Shown here piece after piece: positions 1 through 12,745 of a stretch of DNA of 64,000 bases. The stretch's first letter is position 1; each line of letters begins with the position of its first letter. Under the pieces are notes generated by a model. That model had not been told where the DNA came from. It saw nothing but the letters and a program-made list of their open reading frames with translations, and did not search any database. Both the position numbers and the translations under genes were made by a program. The stretch comes from Macrostomum lignano (lineage: Eukaryota): NCBI GenBank assembly GCA_002269645.1, contig NIVC01001223.1:97186-161185 (forward strand). Reading direction: 5' to 3'.

Positions 1-69
1 AATTTGTTCAAATAGCTAGACCCGGTTTATTTAGAGGCAAAGGGTTGCTGTGTGAAATTACTAATAATA

Positions 70-478
70 CCTGGCGCACTTTAAGCGACATTGTCACACA
101 ACTGGCGAGAGGCATCGCTGCCCATTCCACTGACTCCCCTGAGCAGGCACACAAGCGCGCGGATACGTACGCAGTCATACGCACAGGCACACACTCAGGA
201 GTGTACAGCGGCCCTGACTTTATTTATCGTTAGGCATGTACACTTCACTGTGCCTTGGGGTTAGCCGTCAAGGCCGTTAATTGCACGAGCAGAGCCAAGC
301 CGAGATTCCAGTTCAGCCCCAAATTAATGCGACTGCACTTGGAATCGAGCCTGGGCCGCTGGCACATCAGAGCGCCGCACTGGACCACTGGGCTACGGCC
401 TCCCAAATAGACACGGTTTGTTCAGATTTCGCGGAATGGGCAGAATGGTGCCCACAGCCCCCCCACCTTGAAATCCCT
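70..478 (-). mobile_element. Putative tRNA-derived SINE-like element
   Basis: Minus strand from ~403 reads GGAGGCCGTAGCCCAGTGGTCC...GGCTCGATTCC: Pol III A box TAGCCCAGTGG (395-385) and B-box-like GGCTCGATTCC (351-341). A 17-bp direct repeat TGAAATTACTAATAATA at 53-69 and 479-495 brackets it. The head lies ~75 bp inside the right repeat, so boundaries are uncertain. Confidence 0.5.
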
Positions 479-1754
479 TGAAATTACTAATAATATCTAT
501 ATTATTTATTGTTATTATAGCCTGAAAACTCATTCTGATCCGACGTAGTGACTCACATTGGTAGCAATGAATTCTAGCGATTCTGTGCTCTATACAGCAT
601 CAATTCAAGAAGGATTTGCAAATAATTCTTCTCAGAGAGAGCAGCACGGATGCAGTAGAGAAGCTGGGTATGAAAAAAAAGATTGTCTCCATCTCTGAAC
701 GCTCAGGACGTGCCTCGGTCAGCGTTGGCAACGTCAAAACTTGTGCTCCGGGGAGGGGAATTGGGAAGAAAATATTAGGGCTGGCGGGTTGGCCTGCATA
801 GCAAAGAGTAGTCGAAGGTGAAAATGGGGAAAATGATGCGGCGTTGAGAAGGAAGAGGGGACAATTTTTTCCGGTCAATTTTTTCATGCATTTTTCTTTT
901 TTCTGTTCGTGGCATTGTGTTGTTGCGGCCGCGGCTCGTGCGATGGGAGGGGAGGAGAGGACGTGAGCGGGGAGGGGGCGGAATTCGTTGGACAAATTGG
1001 GAGCAGACGGGTCGTGGAGGGAATCCGAGCGAGCTAAGAGGGGGGGTTTAAGGATGAAAAAACATCAACGAGCATTTTTATGGAGCAGCGCGAGGCCGCT
1101 CCTCCCCCATCTCCCTCTCCCTGCTCAGGGCCGAACGAGAATCCCTCTTTTACGAAAGTTTTTTTCCGCTCGATCCGCGGCGCCATAGCGGGCAATTAGG
1201 CAACTGGGGGGGGGGGGGGCGCACGTGATGCCAAGGCTAAATGCGAGGCGGAGGGCCCTTAATTATTAGAGCTGGCCGTGCGGGATTCGGGGGATAGAAA
1301 AAACACATTAGAGCCGATGGGTAGCTATATAATATTGCCGTTCCCACTTGCTCGTCACCCATCTCATTCATTTGCATTATAAAGTGTGGAGCTCGGTTTG
1401 GAATATTAAAAAAAAACTCAAATCCTGCTCGACTATAAGCCTGGAGTCCCCAGGTGTCTCCCCGCCCAGGTGAGGGGACCGGGGGCGATTGTTAACATGG
1501 CGACTGGAGCGATTCGAAGTTTATTTAGGGTTGCGATAATTATAATTTACATAATAAACTGGTGCTGCATACTACTGACTGACATTTCACATGGTAGTAT
1601 AGTTGGGACCAGTTTCGAAACTTTGTTAAATATTTGTTACTGATAAACAAATCCAGGGAAAATGACCTCAATGACCTTCCTAGGATGCAGCTGAAATGGC
1701 GTAGTACGCAGGAATTTATTGGAGGGGCCGCAACCCGAAAGGCACCAATATTCG

Positions 1755-2560
1755 GTCTCTTGGTAGGCGCTCCCGTCTCTTGGTTGGCGCCCCTGTCTCT
1801 TGGTTGGCGCCCCTGTCTCTTGTTTGGCGCCCCTGTCTCTTACTTGCCGCCCCTGTCTCTTGTTTGGAGCCCCTGTCTCTTGTTTAGCGCTCCTGTCGCT
1901 TGTTTGGCGCCCCTGTCTCTTATTTGGCGCCCCTGTCTTTTGTTTGGCGCCCCTGTCTCTTATTTGGCGCCCCTGTCTCTTGTTTGGCGCCCCTGTCTCT
2001 TGTTTAGCGCTCCTGTCGCTTGTTTGGCGCCCCTGTCTCTTATTTGGCGCCCCTGTCTTTTGTTTGGCGCCCCTGTCTCTTATTTGGCGCCCCTGTCTCT
2101 TGTTTGGAGCCCCTGTCTCTTGTTTAGCGCTCCTGTCGCTTGTTTGGCGCCCCTGTTTCTTATTTGGCGCCCCTGTCTTTTGTTTGGCGCCCCTGTCTCT
2201 TATTTGGCGCCCCTGTCTCTTGTTTGGCGCCCCTGTCTCTTGTTTGGCGCCCCTGTCTCTTACTTGGCGCCCCTGTCTCTTGTTTGGAGCCCCTGTCTCT
2301 TGTTTAGCGCTCCTGTCGCTTGTTTGGCGCCCCTGTTTCTTATTTGGCGCCCCTGTCTTTTGTTTGGCGCCCCTGTCTCTTGTTTGGTGCCCCTGCCGCT
2401 TATTTGGCGCCCCTGTCTCTTGTTTAGCGCCCCTGTCTCTTATTTGGCGCCCCTGTTTCTTATTTGGCGCCCCTGTCTCTTGTTTGGCGACCCTATCTTT
2501 TGGTAAGCGCCCCTTTCACTCGGTAGGCGCCCCTGTCTCTTTATAGACACCCCTGTCTCT
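1755..2560. repeat. 20-bp minisatellite (consensus TGTTTGGCGCCCCTGTCTCT), degenerate
   Basis: About 40 tandem variant units; source of spurious ORFs 1634..2506 and 1800..2546. Confidence 0.95.
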
Positions 2561-2990
2561 TGGTAGACGCCTCAGTCACTTGGTAGACGCCTCAGTCACT
2601 TGGTAGACGCCTCAGTCACTTGGTAGACGCCTCAGTCACTTGGTAGACGCCTCAGTCACTTGGTAGACGCCTCAGTCACTTGGTAGACGCCTCAGTCACT
2701 TGGTAGACGCCTCAGTCACTTGGTAGACGCCTCAGTCACTTGGTAGACGCCTCAGTCACTTGGTAGACGCCTCAGTCACTTGGTAGACGCCTCAGTCACT
2801 TGGTAGACGCCTCAGTCACTTGGTAGACGCCTCAGTCACTTGGTAGACGCCTCAGTCACTTGGTAGACGCCTCAGTCACTTGGTAGACGCCTCAGTCACT
2901 TGGTAGACGCCTCAGTCACTTGGTAGACGCCTCAGTCACTTGGTAGACGCCTCAGTCACTTGGTAGACGCCTCAGTCACTTGGTAGACGT
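2561..2990. repeat. 20-bp minisatellite TGGTAGACGCCTCAGTCACT, 21 identical copies
   Basis: Perfect tandem array directly abutting the related array on its left. Confidence 0.97.
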
Positions 2991-3181
2991 CCCTGTCAGC
3001 AAGGCCGGCGAATTCGACGTCCATCAGAAGCGGCAAAAGTTGAGCTCCTGTCCCCTCTTGGACCCCTCTGTCCTCTCCCGCCCTTCCCTGGTGCCAATAT
3101 TTGATATAAAATCTGAGCCACTGGTTTTATTTCCTAAGAAGTCAACAACTTACACTGTCTCAACCCCCTTTCCGCTACCAG

Positions 3182-3799
3182 CTCTGCTTCAACAAGCAGG
3201 ACCTGCTGCTGCACAACAGCTCAGTGCACAAGGCCGACCCGAGGCCATTCCAGTGCGACACCTGCGGCAGGCAGTTCGCCACGGCCGCTTACCTGTGCCA
3301 GCACCGCCGCATTCACACCGGACAGCGGCCGTACGGCTGCAAGTACTGCGACAAGCGGTTCACCCAGCTGTCGCACGTGCAGCAGCACGAACGAATTCAC
3401 ACGGGCGACAAGCCCTACCGCTGCTGGCACTGCGCCAAAAGTTTCACCCAGATGAGCAACCTGCAGAGCCACCAGCGCCAGCACACCAAGGACAAGCCGC
3501 ACCGCTGCGACGCCTGTCACATGTGCTTCGACTCCAGGGAGGAGCTGGACACCCACGCCGCCGCCAGGCACAGCACCAACAAGTACAGCCGGGTGCTGCT
3601 CTGCCGGGTGTGCGGCAAGGCCTACAACTCCGAGACTTATCTTAGCAAGCACCTGGCCAAGCACCGGGACAAGGCCAGGCAGGCGGAGCATCAGCAGCTT
3701 CAGCAGCAGCAGCAGCAGCAACAGGCTGCAGAGTTTGCCGCACATCGCTCGCCTCTGCCGCCGCCTCCGCCGCCTCCGCCACAGCTGCCGCCACCGCCT

Positions 3800-3833
<34 letters not shown>

Positions 3834-4075
3834 TTCATCAGCACCTTCACCACCATCATCACCACCACCAGGCGACGTTGTCTCAGTCGACGTCGAGTTC
3901 TTCGCCTCCGACTGGACACGCGGCCGCTGCCGCCGCCGCCGCTGCCGCAGCCGCTGCGGCCGCCGGAGGCTACTCAACGGCCTTCCACGGTGGCGTCCCG
4001 TTCCACACCGCGCAGGCTGCGGCGGCTGCTGCGGCGGCGGCCGGGCCCGCTGGACCGTTCAAGTTCGCCTTCTAG
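3182..4075 (+). CDS. ZNF384: C2H2 zinc-finger transcription factor of the ZNF384/ZNF362/rotund/lin-29 family (terminal coding exon; upstream exon not located)
   Basis: Acceptor ccccctttccgctaccAG at 3180-3181, then LCFNKQDLLLHNSSVH and five fingers with family-diagnostic FTQLSHVQQH, FTQMSNLQSHQRQHTKDKP and KAYNSETYLSKH. Poly-Q/P/H/A tail; stop at 4073-4075. The symbol denotes the family, not proven orthology. Confidence 0.88.
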
Positions 4076-5050
4076 AGAAGACTCGAGGACCGCTTCGATG
4101 ATAAGAGCAGTGTCGCTTGTCATTCTAGTCTAACATCCAGGCTTGAAAGGGATTTCACAAGGCCTAAACTAGCTTAACTTGTCTATTCTTTTATTGGCCT
4201 GTAAATTGCTTGTTTGTTATAAAAAATGGCGCACATTTTTACCGCTTGCTACTGAGAGTAGCGAGCGGTAAGCTTCTCTTAATAATTGTGTTAAAAGTTG
4301 GAATAATAACGAACGGTAAATAGATAACTACCAGCATACCTATCCAACCCAATTCGTCAGTTGCCCTGTTGTTGTCAGGCGGAACTGAGTTTAAAAATAT
4401 TTTCGAGCCGCTGTCTTGTTTTCGCTTGTCTGGGGATTTCTGACAGATATTGCCATCAGCCTATGCTGTCACTGGCGTCTGAGCGGGTTTATTGATAGCC
4501 ATCGCTTCGCCGTGCCATATGAAGGCCGTTTCCATATATGGCAGTCAGTTCTCTTTTTTGCACCATTCTTCATTGCCCAACTTGCGGAAACCTATTCACA
4601 GCCGATATCAGGCGGGAACTCCCCCCTCTCCCCCTCATTTGATCAATCGAAAGCACTTATTGTATAGGGATTCGCTCGTACTAGAAAAAATTTGCTTTTA
4701 CTATAAATAAACTTACACTGTCGCTTGTTGTATAGTTGTGCGTGTAATTTGTTTTATTACCTTATAATTGATGGCTCATATCTTGTAATCATGCCGCTGC
4801 CCCATACCTTACATCGCTCTCTATATTATTGAAAAAAAGGAGATTAACACAACTATCGCTGTTCAGTGCCGCTACTCCAGTAATACCCAAATCTTTTTCT
4901 GCGTATCTAACTGTCAGTATGTACTTATATTGTCATTGTTAGCACTGACTTTAATAATATACTCTTATAGGCTGCAAATCGCTGTATGTGTGAATCTAAT
5001 CGAATAAGTATGCTCACTTGCTCGAGTCAGTCTTTCTGGGGGACTAGGGG

Positions 5051-5270
5051 ATTGGATAGATGGACATGATAGATGGATTAGCGGATTAGATAGATGGACT
5101 AGATAGATCGATTAGCGGATTAGATAGATGAATTAGCGGATTAGATAGATGGATTAGCGAAATAGATAGATGGATTAGCGGATTAGATAGATGGATTAGT
5201 GGATTAGATAGACTGGCGGATTAGATGGATGGACAATCGGATTAGATAGATGGTCTAGCGGATTAGCATG
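5051..5270. repeat. Degenerate ~21-bp repeat (GATTAGATAGATGGATTAGCG)
   Basis: About 10 imperfect tandem copies. Confidence 0.8.
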
Positions 5271-5355
5271 TGAAATAAGCATGTTTGAGAATAAAGTTCA
5301 TTAATTTCTTATCCATTCTTAAATCGATTCAGACCCTGCGCCATTCGCACACCAC

Positions 5356-5999
5356 TTCCCACACGGTCATCCAGTTCCCACACGGTCATCCAGTTCCCAC
5401 ACGGTCATCCAGTTCCCACACGGTCATCCAGTTCCCACACGGTCATCCAGTTCCCACACGGTCATCCAGTTCCCACACGGTCATCCAGTTCCCACACGGT
5501 CATCCAGTTCCCACACGGTCATCCAGTTCCCACACGGTCATCCAGTTCCCACACGGTCATCCAGTTCCCACACGGTCATCCAGTTCCCACACGGTCATCC
5601 AGTTCCCACACGGTCATCCAGTTCCCACACGGTCATCCAGTTCCCACACGGTCATCCAGTTCCCACACGGTCATCCAGTTCCCACACGGTCATCCAGTTC
5701 CCACACGGTCATCCAGTTCCCACACGGTCATCCAGTTCCCACACGGTCATCCAGTTCCCACACGGTCATCCAGTTCCCACACGGTCATCCAGTTCCCACA
5801 CGGTCATCCAGTTCCCACACGGTCATCCAGTTCCCACACGGTCATCCAGTTCCCACACGGTCATCCAGTTCCCACACGGTCATCCAGTTCCCACACGGTC
5901 ATCCAGTTCCCACACGGTCATCCAGTTCCCACACGGTCATCCAGTTCCCACACGGTCATCCAGTTCCCACACGGTCATCCAGTTCCCACACGGTCATCC
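5356..5999. repeat. 19-bp minisatellite TTCCCACACGGTCATCCAG, ~34 perfect copies
   Basis: Perfect tandem array; source of ORF 5285..6025. Confidence 0.97.
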
Positions 6000-6842
6000 T
6001 GTCCGGCCGCCATCCAGGCTGGTGATCAGAGAAAACCTAAGCCTGTGAGGCAGCTGAGCAGGATGCGATTTCACATTGAAAGATTCCGTAAACAAAAAAG
6101 GCTGCTGGGCAATGCAAATTTGAAATCTTCGTTTGATGCAGACGCAGGTCGGGCGCAAATCATGTGGGCAAACTGTGTTGTCAGAGACTCCAAGGAGTCT
6201 CAGATTTTAGATCTCTCAGATTTCAGATCTCAGATCTCAGAGTTGCGCAAATCAAAGAGCTGACTCTCGCGCGATGTCTCAAAGTCAAAGCGCCAGGCAA
6301 TTACTGAAACGGAAGATCAAAATATTCGCACCTGGGTACAAAGCCGTTCCGTTTCTGCTTCTCGCAGTCAAAGAGACTTCCTCTGAGTTCTAAAAACAGT
6401 CAGGATGCCCGGGAGCGTCTTTGACATTCCAGCGCCGGCTTCTCACCCAGATGCACTCAGGATAATGAGCGGGCGGCAAGCAGAAGCCGTGCAGGTGAGA
6501 ACTGCCCGGCAACGAGGCTGTCGGGGGGGGGGGCGAGACGGATTAGATATCCCCACGGGGATGCGGACTCAGAGCAGTCTCCTGATGCGCAATGCAGACC
6601 CACAACGAAGTCTTGATATTTTTAGTCTGGCCAGCACTGGGCTTAATGGCTTATGAGATTAGCTGGGACATTTTTCAGCTTGGCTACCGAGTGAAACTGG
6701 GATCGATGAAGCTCAAAAATTGCCTATTTTAGCCGGCAACTTTTTGGTGGATGAGCTGGACTTCGCACCTGTCCCGCATCGATACAGAAAACTTGCACTA
6801 GGTCTGCTCAGTCGACCATGTGGAAGTTATTTAGGACGGAAT

Positions 6843-9800
6843 AGATCTGGGATCTGGGATCTGGATCTGGGATCTGGATCTGGGATCTGGATCTGGGATC
6901 TGGATCTGGGATCTGGATCTGGGATCTGGATCTGGGATCTGGATCTGGGATCTGGATCTGGGATCTGGATCTGGGATCTGGATCTGGGATCTGGATCTGG
7001 GATCTGGATCTGGGATCTGGATCTGGGATCTGGATCTGGGATCTGGATCTGGGATCTGGATCTGGGATCTGGATCTGGGATCTGGATCTGGGATCTGGAT
7101 CTGGGATCTGGATCTGGGATCTGGATCTGGGATCTGGATCTGGGATCTGGATCTGGGATCTGGATCTGGGATCTGGATCTGGGATCTGGATCTGGGATCT
7201 GGATCTGGGATCTGGATCTGGGATCTGGATCTGGGATCTGGATCTGGGATCTGGATCTGGGATCTGGATCTGGGATCTGGATCTGGGATCTGGATCTGGG
7301 ATCTGGATCTGGGATCTGGATCTGGGATCTGGATCTGGGATCTGGATCTGGGATCTGGATCTGGGATCTGGATCTGGGATCTGGATCTGGGATCTGGATC
7401 TGGGATCTGGATCTGGGATCTGGATCTGGGATCTGGATCTGGGATCTGGATCTGGGATCTGGATCTGGGATCTGGATCTGGGATCTGGATCTGGGATCTG
7501 GATCTGGGATCTGGATCTGGGATCTGGATCTGGGATCTGGATCTGGGATCTGGATCTGGGATCTGGATCTGGGATCTGGATCTGGGATCTGGATCTGGGA
7601 TCTGGATCTGGGATCTGGATCTGGGATCTGGATCTGGGATCTGGATCTGGGATCTGGATCTGGGATCTGGATCTGGGATCTGGATCTGGGATCTGGATCT
7701 GGGATCTGGATCTGGGATCTGGATCTGGGATCTGGATCTGGGATCTGGATCTGGGATCTGGATCTGGGATCTGGATCTGGGATCTGGATCTGGGATCTGG
7801 ATCTGGGATCTGGATCTGGGATCTGGATCTGGGATCTGGATCTGGGATCTGGATCTGGGATCTGGATCTGGGATCTGGATCTGGGATCTGGATCTGGGAT
7901 CTGGATCTGGGATCTGGATCTGGGATCTGGATCTGGGATCTGGATCTGGGATCTGGATCTGGGATCTGGATCTGGGATCTGGATCTGGGATCTGGATCTG
8001 GGATCTGGATCTGGGATCTGGATCTGGGATCTGGATCTGGGATCTGGATCTGGGATCTGGATCTGGGATCTGGATCTGGGATCTGGATCTGGGATCTGGA
8101 TCTGGGATCTGGATCTGGGATCTGGATCTGGGATCTGGATCTGGGATCTGGATCTGGGATCTGGATCTGGGATCTGGATCTGGGATCTGGATCTGGGATC
8201 TGGATCTGGGATCTGGATCTGGGATCTGGATCTGGGATCTGGATCTGGGATCTGGATCTGGGATCTGGATCTGGGATCTGGATCTGGGATCTGGATCTGG
8301 GATCTGGATCTGGGATCTGGATCTGGGATCTGGATCTGGGATCTGGATCTGGGATCTGGATCTGGGATCTGGATCTGGGATCTGGATCTGGGATCTGGAT
8401 CTGGGATCTGGATCTGGGATCTGGATCTGGGATCTGGATCTGGGATCTGGATCTGGGATCTGGATCTGGGATCTGGATCTGGGATCTGGATCTGGGATCT
8501 GGATCTGGGATCTGGATCTGGGATCTGGATCTGGGATCTGGATCTGGGATCTGGATCTGGGATCTGGATCTGGGATCTGGATCTGGGATCTGGATCTGGG
8601 ATCTGGATCTGGGATCTGGATCTGGGATCTGGATCTGGGATCTGGATCTGGGATCTGGATCTGGGATCTGGATCTGGGATCTGGATCTGGGATCTGGATC
8701 TGGGATCTGGATCTGGGATCTGGATCTGGGATCTGGATCTGGGATCTGGATCTGGGATCTGGATCTGGGATCTGGATCTGGGATCTGGATCTGGGATCTG
8801 GATCTGGGATCTGGATCTGGGATCTGGATCTGGGATCTGGATCTGGGATCTGGATCTGGGATCTGGATCTGGGATCTGGATCTGGGATCTGGATCTGGGA
8901 TCTGGATCTGGGATCTGGATCTGGGATCTGGATCTGGGATCTGGATCTGGGATCTGGATCTGGGATCTGGATCTGGGATCTGGATCTGGGATCTGGATCT
9001 GGGATCTGGATCTGGGATCTGGATCTGGGATCTGGATCTGGGATCTGGATCTGGGATCTGGATCTGGGATCTGGATCTGGGATCTGGATCTGGGATCTGG
9101 ATCTGGGATCTGGATCTGGGATCTGGATCTGGGATCTGGATCTGGGATCTGGATCTGGGATCTGGATCTGGGATCTGGATCTGGGATCTGGATCTGGGAT
9201 CTGGATCTGGGATCTGGATCTGGGATCTGGATCTGGGATCTGGATCTGGGATCTGGATCTGGGATCTGGATCTGGGATCTGGATCTGGGATCTGGATCTG
9301 GGATCTGGATCTGGGATCTGGATCTGGGATCTGGATCTGGGATCTGGATCTGGGATCTGGATCTGGGATCTGGATCTGGGATCTGGATCTGGGATCTGGA
9401 TCTGGGATCTGGATCTGGGATCTGGATCTGGGATCTGGATCTGGGATCTGGATCTGGGATCTGGATCTGGGATCTGGATCTGGGATCTGGATCTGGGATC
9501 TGGATCTGGGATCTGGATCTGGGATCTGGATCTGGGATCTGGATCTGGGATCTGGATCTGGGATCTGGATCTGGGATCTGGATCTGGGATCTGGATCTGG
9601 GATCTGGATCTGGGATCTGGATCTGGGATCTGGATCTGGGATCTGGATCTGGGATCTGGATCTGGGATCTGGATCTGGGATCTGGATCTGGGATCTGGAT
9701 CTGGGATCTGGATCTGGGATCTGGATCTGGGATCTGGATCTGGGATCTGGATCTGGGATCTGGATCTGGGATCTGGATCTGGGATCTGGATCTGGGATCT

Positions 9801-9944
9801 GGATCTGGGATCTGGATCTGGGATCTGGATCTGGGATCTGGATCTGGGATCTGGATCTGGGATCTGGATCTGGGATCTGGATCTGGGATCTGGATCTGGG
9901 ATCTGGATCTGGGATCTGGATCTGGGATCTGGATCTGGGATCTG
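6843..9944. repeat. 13-bp satellite GATCTGGGATCTG, ~238 perfect copies (~3.1 kb)
   Basis: Homogeneous array; source of the 1095-aa and 1067-aa artefact ORFs. Confidence 0.98.
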
Positions 9945-10290
9945 AGTTATATTTATAAGAGTTATGGTTATAAGGTTATAAGAGAAATATTTAATATCTC
10001 CCACTAGCACTGTTCTGAATGCATTCCCATGCACTTAAAGAGCTACACATAGCGGAAATGGATTTTGATCCGCTAACGCAGTGTATGTCTTTTCCTAGAA
10101 TTGCAGTGCGGGCACAACTGCGCGATGCACTAATGCGATAGCAGCGACCTAGTAGCAGAAAAACAATTTGGTTCCACAATGTTGACAGCATATTAATTTG
10201 TCTTAACAGTGGCGCCTCCAGCAGCTTGGAAAGATGTTGGAAAACAGAAACATTACAAACTGAATTACATGTAGAATTATCTGATCTCTC

Positions 10291-10421
10291 ATTGGCTGCA
10301 GATTATCTATAAATATGTGGGTACCAGCGGCGTCTCGGACACTGCAGAGAGCCGAACTGCCTCTCGGACACGTGTGACCGTGTGACACCCAGCTCTAACC
10401 GACTCTCCTATTCTCCACTGG
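10291..10421 (+). promoter_or_regulatory. Probable core promoter and non-coding first exon of the secreted peptide gene
   Basis: ATTGG (inverted CCAAT) at 10291, TATAAAT at 10308-10314, donor G|GTAAGC at 10422, and polypyrimidine acceptor ctccctctttgccAG at 10870-10871 (alternative AG at 10873-10874) just before ATG 10881. Confidence 0.55.
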
Positions 10422-10458
10422 GTAAGCTTCACTGCGGCACATTTATAACTGTCAGCAA

Positions 10459-10840
<382 letters not shown>

Positions 10841-10880
10841 GCCAGCCAATCCCCGCCTCCCTCTTTGCCAGCAGAAAACG

Positions 10881-11138
10881 ATGGCATTCATTCTTAGCCG
10901 CCGCCACCTGTTCCTGACTGTCATCGCCCTGGGCTGCATTCTCGCGGCCGCCGGAGATGCCGCCGGCGCCGCGGCCAGCTCGACGAGTGGCTGCACCCGG
11001 GAGGTCGGCGCAACCGCCGAGTGTCGCAGCCACGCCGACTGCTGCGAGCCGAACCTCTGTCTGAAGAAGCGGGGCAACACGGTCGGATACTGCTGCTGCA
11101 CCTGGCCCTCCTACGGCAGCGAGGCTGATGGCAAATAA
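10881..11138 (+). CDS. Small secreted cysteine-rich (cystine-knot-like) peptide precursor, 85 aa
   Basis: Hydrophobic signal peptide (LFLTVIALGCILAAAG), Ala/Ser spacer, then C-x9-C-x5-CC-x4-C-x10-CCC, and C-terminal GK. GC-rich coding island in AT-rich surroundings, with an acceptor just before the ATG. Confidence 0.8.
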   Translation: MAFILSRRHLFLTVIALGCILAAAGDAAGAAASSTSGCTREVGATAECRSHADCCEPNLCLKKRGNTVGYCCCTWPSYGSEADGK

Positions 11139-11794
11139 TGAGCCGATGCGGCCCCGGCAACATTGAGACAAAAACACTCGAAAAACAACGTTGGAAAATA
11201 CTGGCCCCGAAACTCCCCACCCCCAGTCCTTACTGGCTCCGTGAACTGAGCACGAATTTTGATTGCTGCTTTTAGTATAGCTGCTTTGCTTGTCCAATTT
11301 ATAAAAATCTTTAATGGGAACACAAAAGTACATGCGATATTTTTTTAAATCTGACTGAATTGATGTTCTGCGCAGTGTGTGAATATTCTCTGTCATGAAT
11401 TCATGTGAACTTTTGTCACTGAGCGCGCGCTAATGTACTTCTGGTTGTGAATGCTGCCCGTGTGAAATTTCTTGTGAATCGAGGTGACTATTTAGCTAAT
11501 GTAATACTCTGAACCAATTTAAATATAAATTTTAACGGCAAAACATGTTCAAAGGCAAAGTGCGCTATCATTTTACAACAGTTTTTTACTCACAGCAGAC
11601 TACTCACAGCCGGCTGAAAAAGTAACGTTAGCAAGACCGGAGAATGGGTGCATGAGCACTTACATGTATAAGTGCATAACCACATCTACATGTATCTAGG
11701 ATTCAATATATTTATTTATCTGCATGGATAAGTGCGTAATATACTTCCTCACTGTGAAGATCACATGGTCAGGCCATGGACACACGTACTATAA

Positions 11795-11970
11795 GCCTTA
11801 GACCTTCGGCCAGCTATAAAGCTGTGGCAAAACAAGCAGTTGTCTATGGCCCAAACTTTGACCAGCTATAAAGCTCTGTGAGAAAACAAGCAGATGTCTA
11901 TGGCCCAACCTTAGACCAGCTATAATTAGGTTGTGTGACAAAACAAGCAGTTGTTTATGGCCAAAGCTCA
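11795..11970. repeat. Three imperfect ~52-bp tandem repeats
   Basis: Repeated CCAGCTATAAAGCT...AAAACAAGCAGTTGTCTATGGCCCAA. Confidence 0.7.
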
Positions 11971-12057
11971 CTAACCTCGTAGAATTTCTAGCTTGGATAC
12001 TTCTCACTTAGCTTGACAAAAGCAGCTATTAAGCATACCCACCTTAACCCGCGTTAC

Positions 12058-12745
12058 TATAGCATTTTGCGTTGCACTTAAGCTTACGGGCAAATCACTT
12101 GATCCTAAGTGGCAGAATTACACTGGCGAGGCAGCTGCCGATCGATTCTATGGTCTCAACTGGTGGCTAGTAGGCAATTTACTTTAGCCTTGGGGCACAG
12201 ACTTAATCCATTTATGCTCTATCGCAATTTGAAAAGCTTTCAATCGGCCGCCCAGTGGGTGGTGTTGTGGCAAGGGTATAATTTTAATCAGTCAATATGA
12301 GCAAATGAGCAAATTGATGACGGCGTCCAGTAACTTCGTATCGCCTTCGGATAGACAAAACAGTCTTAATGTTGACCTGGAATCATCGCGCGACGTCGAC
12401 CGGCCGCTCATCCCTGTCTAGGGTCGATGACGAGGCTGTGCTTTTCATCCCTCATCCTTGACCACGGTCTACGTTGTTGTCCGTCACCAATTCCATCTGG
12501 TGCAGTTTCATAGCTAGCTTTGCTGGCCTCATCTTCCGAGCTCATGTTGCTGCGAGCCTTAGCTTCTAGTTCGCTTTGATAGAGCATGAATGGATTAAGT
12601 CAGTGCCCCCAAGGCTTAAGTAACTTGCCCGGCAGCCAACGGTTTGGGCCATAGACTCGATCGGCAGCTGCCCTCGCCAGTGTAATCCTGCCACTTAGGA
12701 TCAAGTGATTTGCCCGTAAGCTTAAGTGCAACGCAAAATGCTATA
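12058..12745. mobile_element. MITE / foldback element with ~170-bp terminal inverted repeats
   Basis: The first 58 bp (TATAGCATTTTGCGTTGCACTTAAGC...GTGGCAG) are the exact reverse complement of the last 58 bp; similarity continues to ~170 bp. Outermost TA on both sides may be a TA TSD. Confidence 0.85.

Noticed and set aside
3000-3038. Possible small upstream exon of the zinc-finger gene
   Set aside because: Weak donor (GTTGAG), and no frame supplies the CxxC needed to complete the partial finger.
3221-4133. Antisense and alternate-frame ORFs over the zinc-finger exon
   Set aside because: Shadows of GC-rich, low-complexity coding sequence.
6720-10034. 1095-aa and 1067-aa ORFs (GSGIWIWDLDL / IPDPDPRSRSQ repeats)
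   Set aside because: They are translations of a perfect 13-bp satellite that lacks stops; no splice, start or compositional support.
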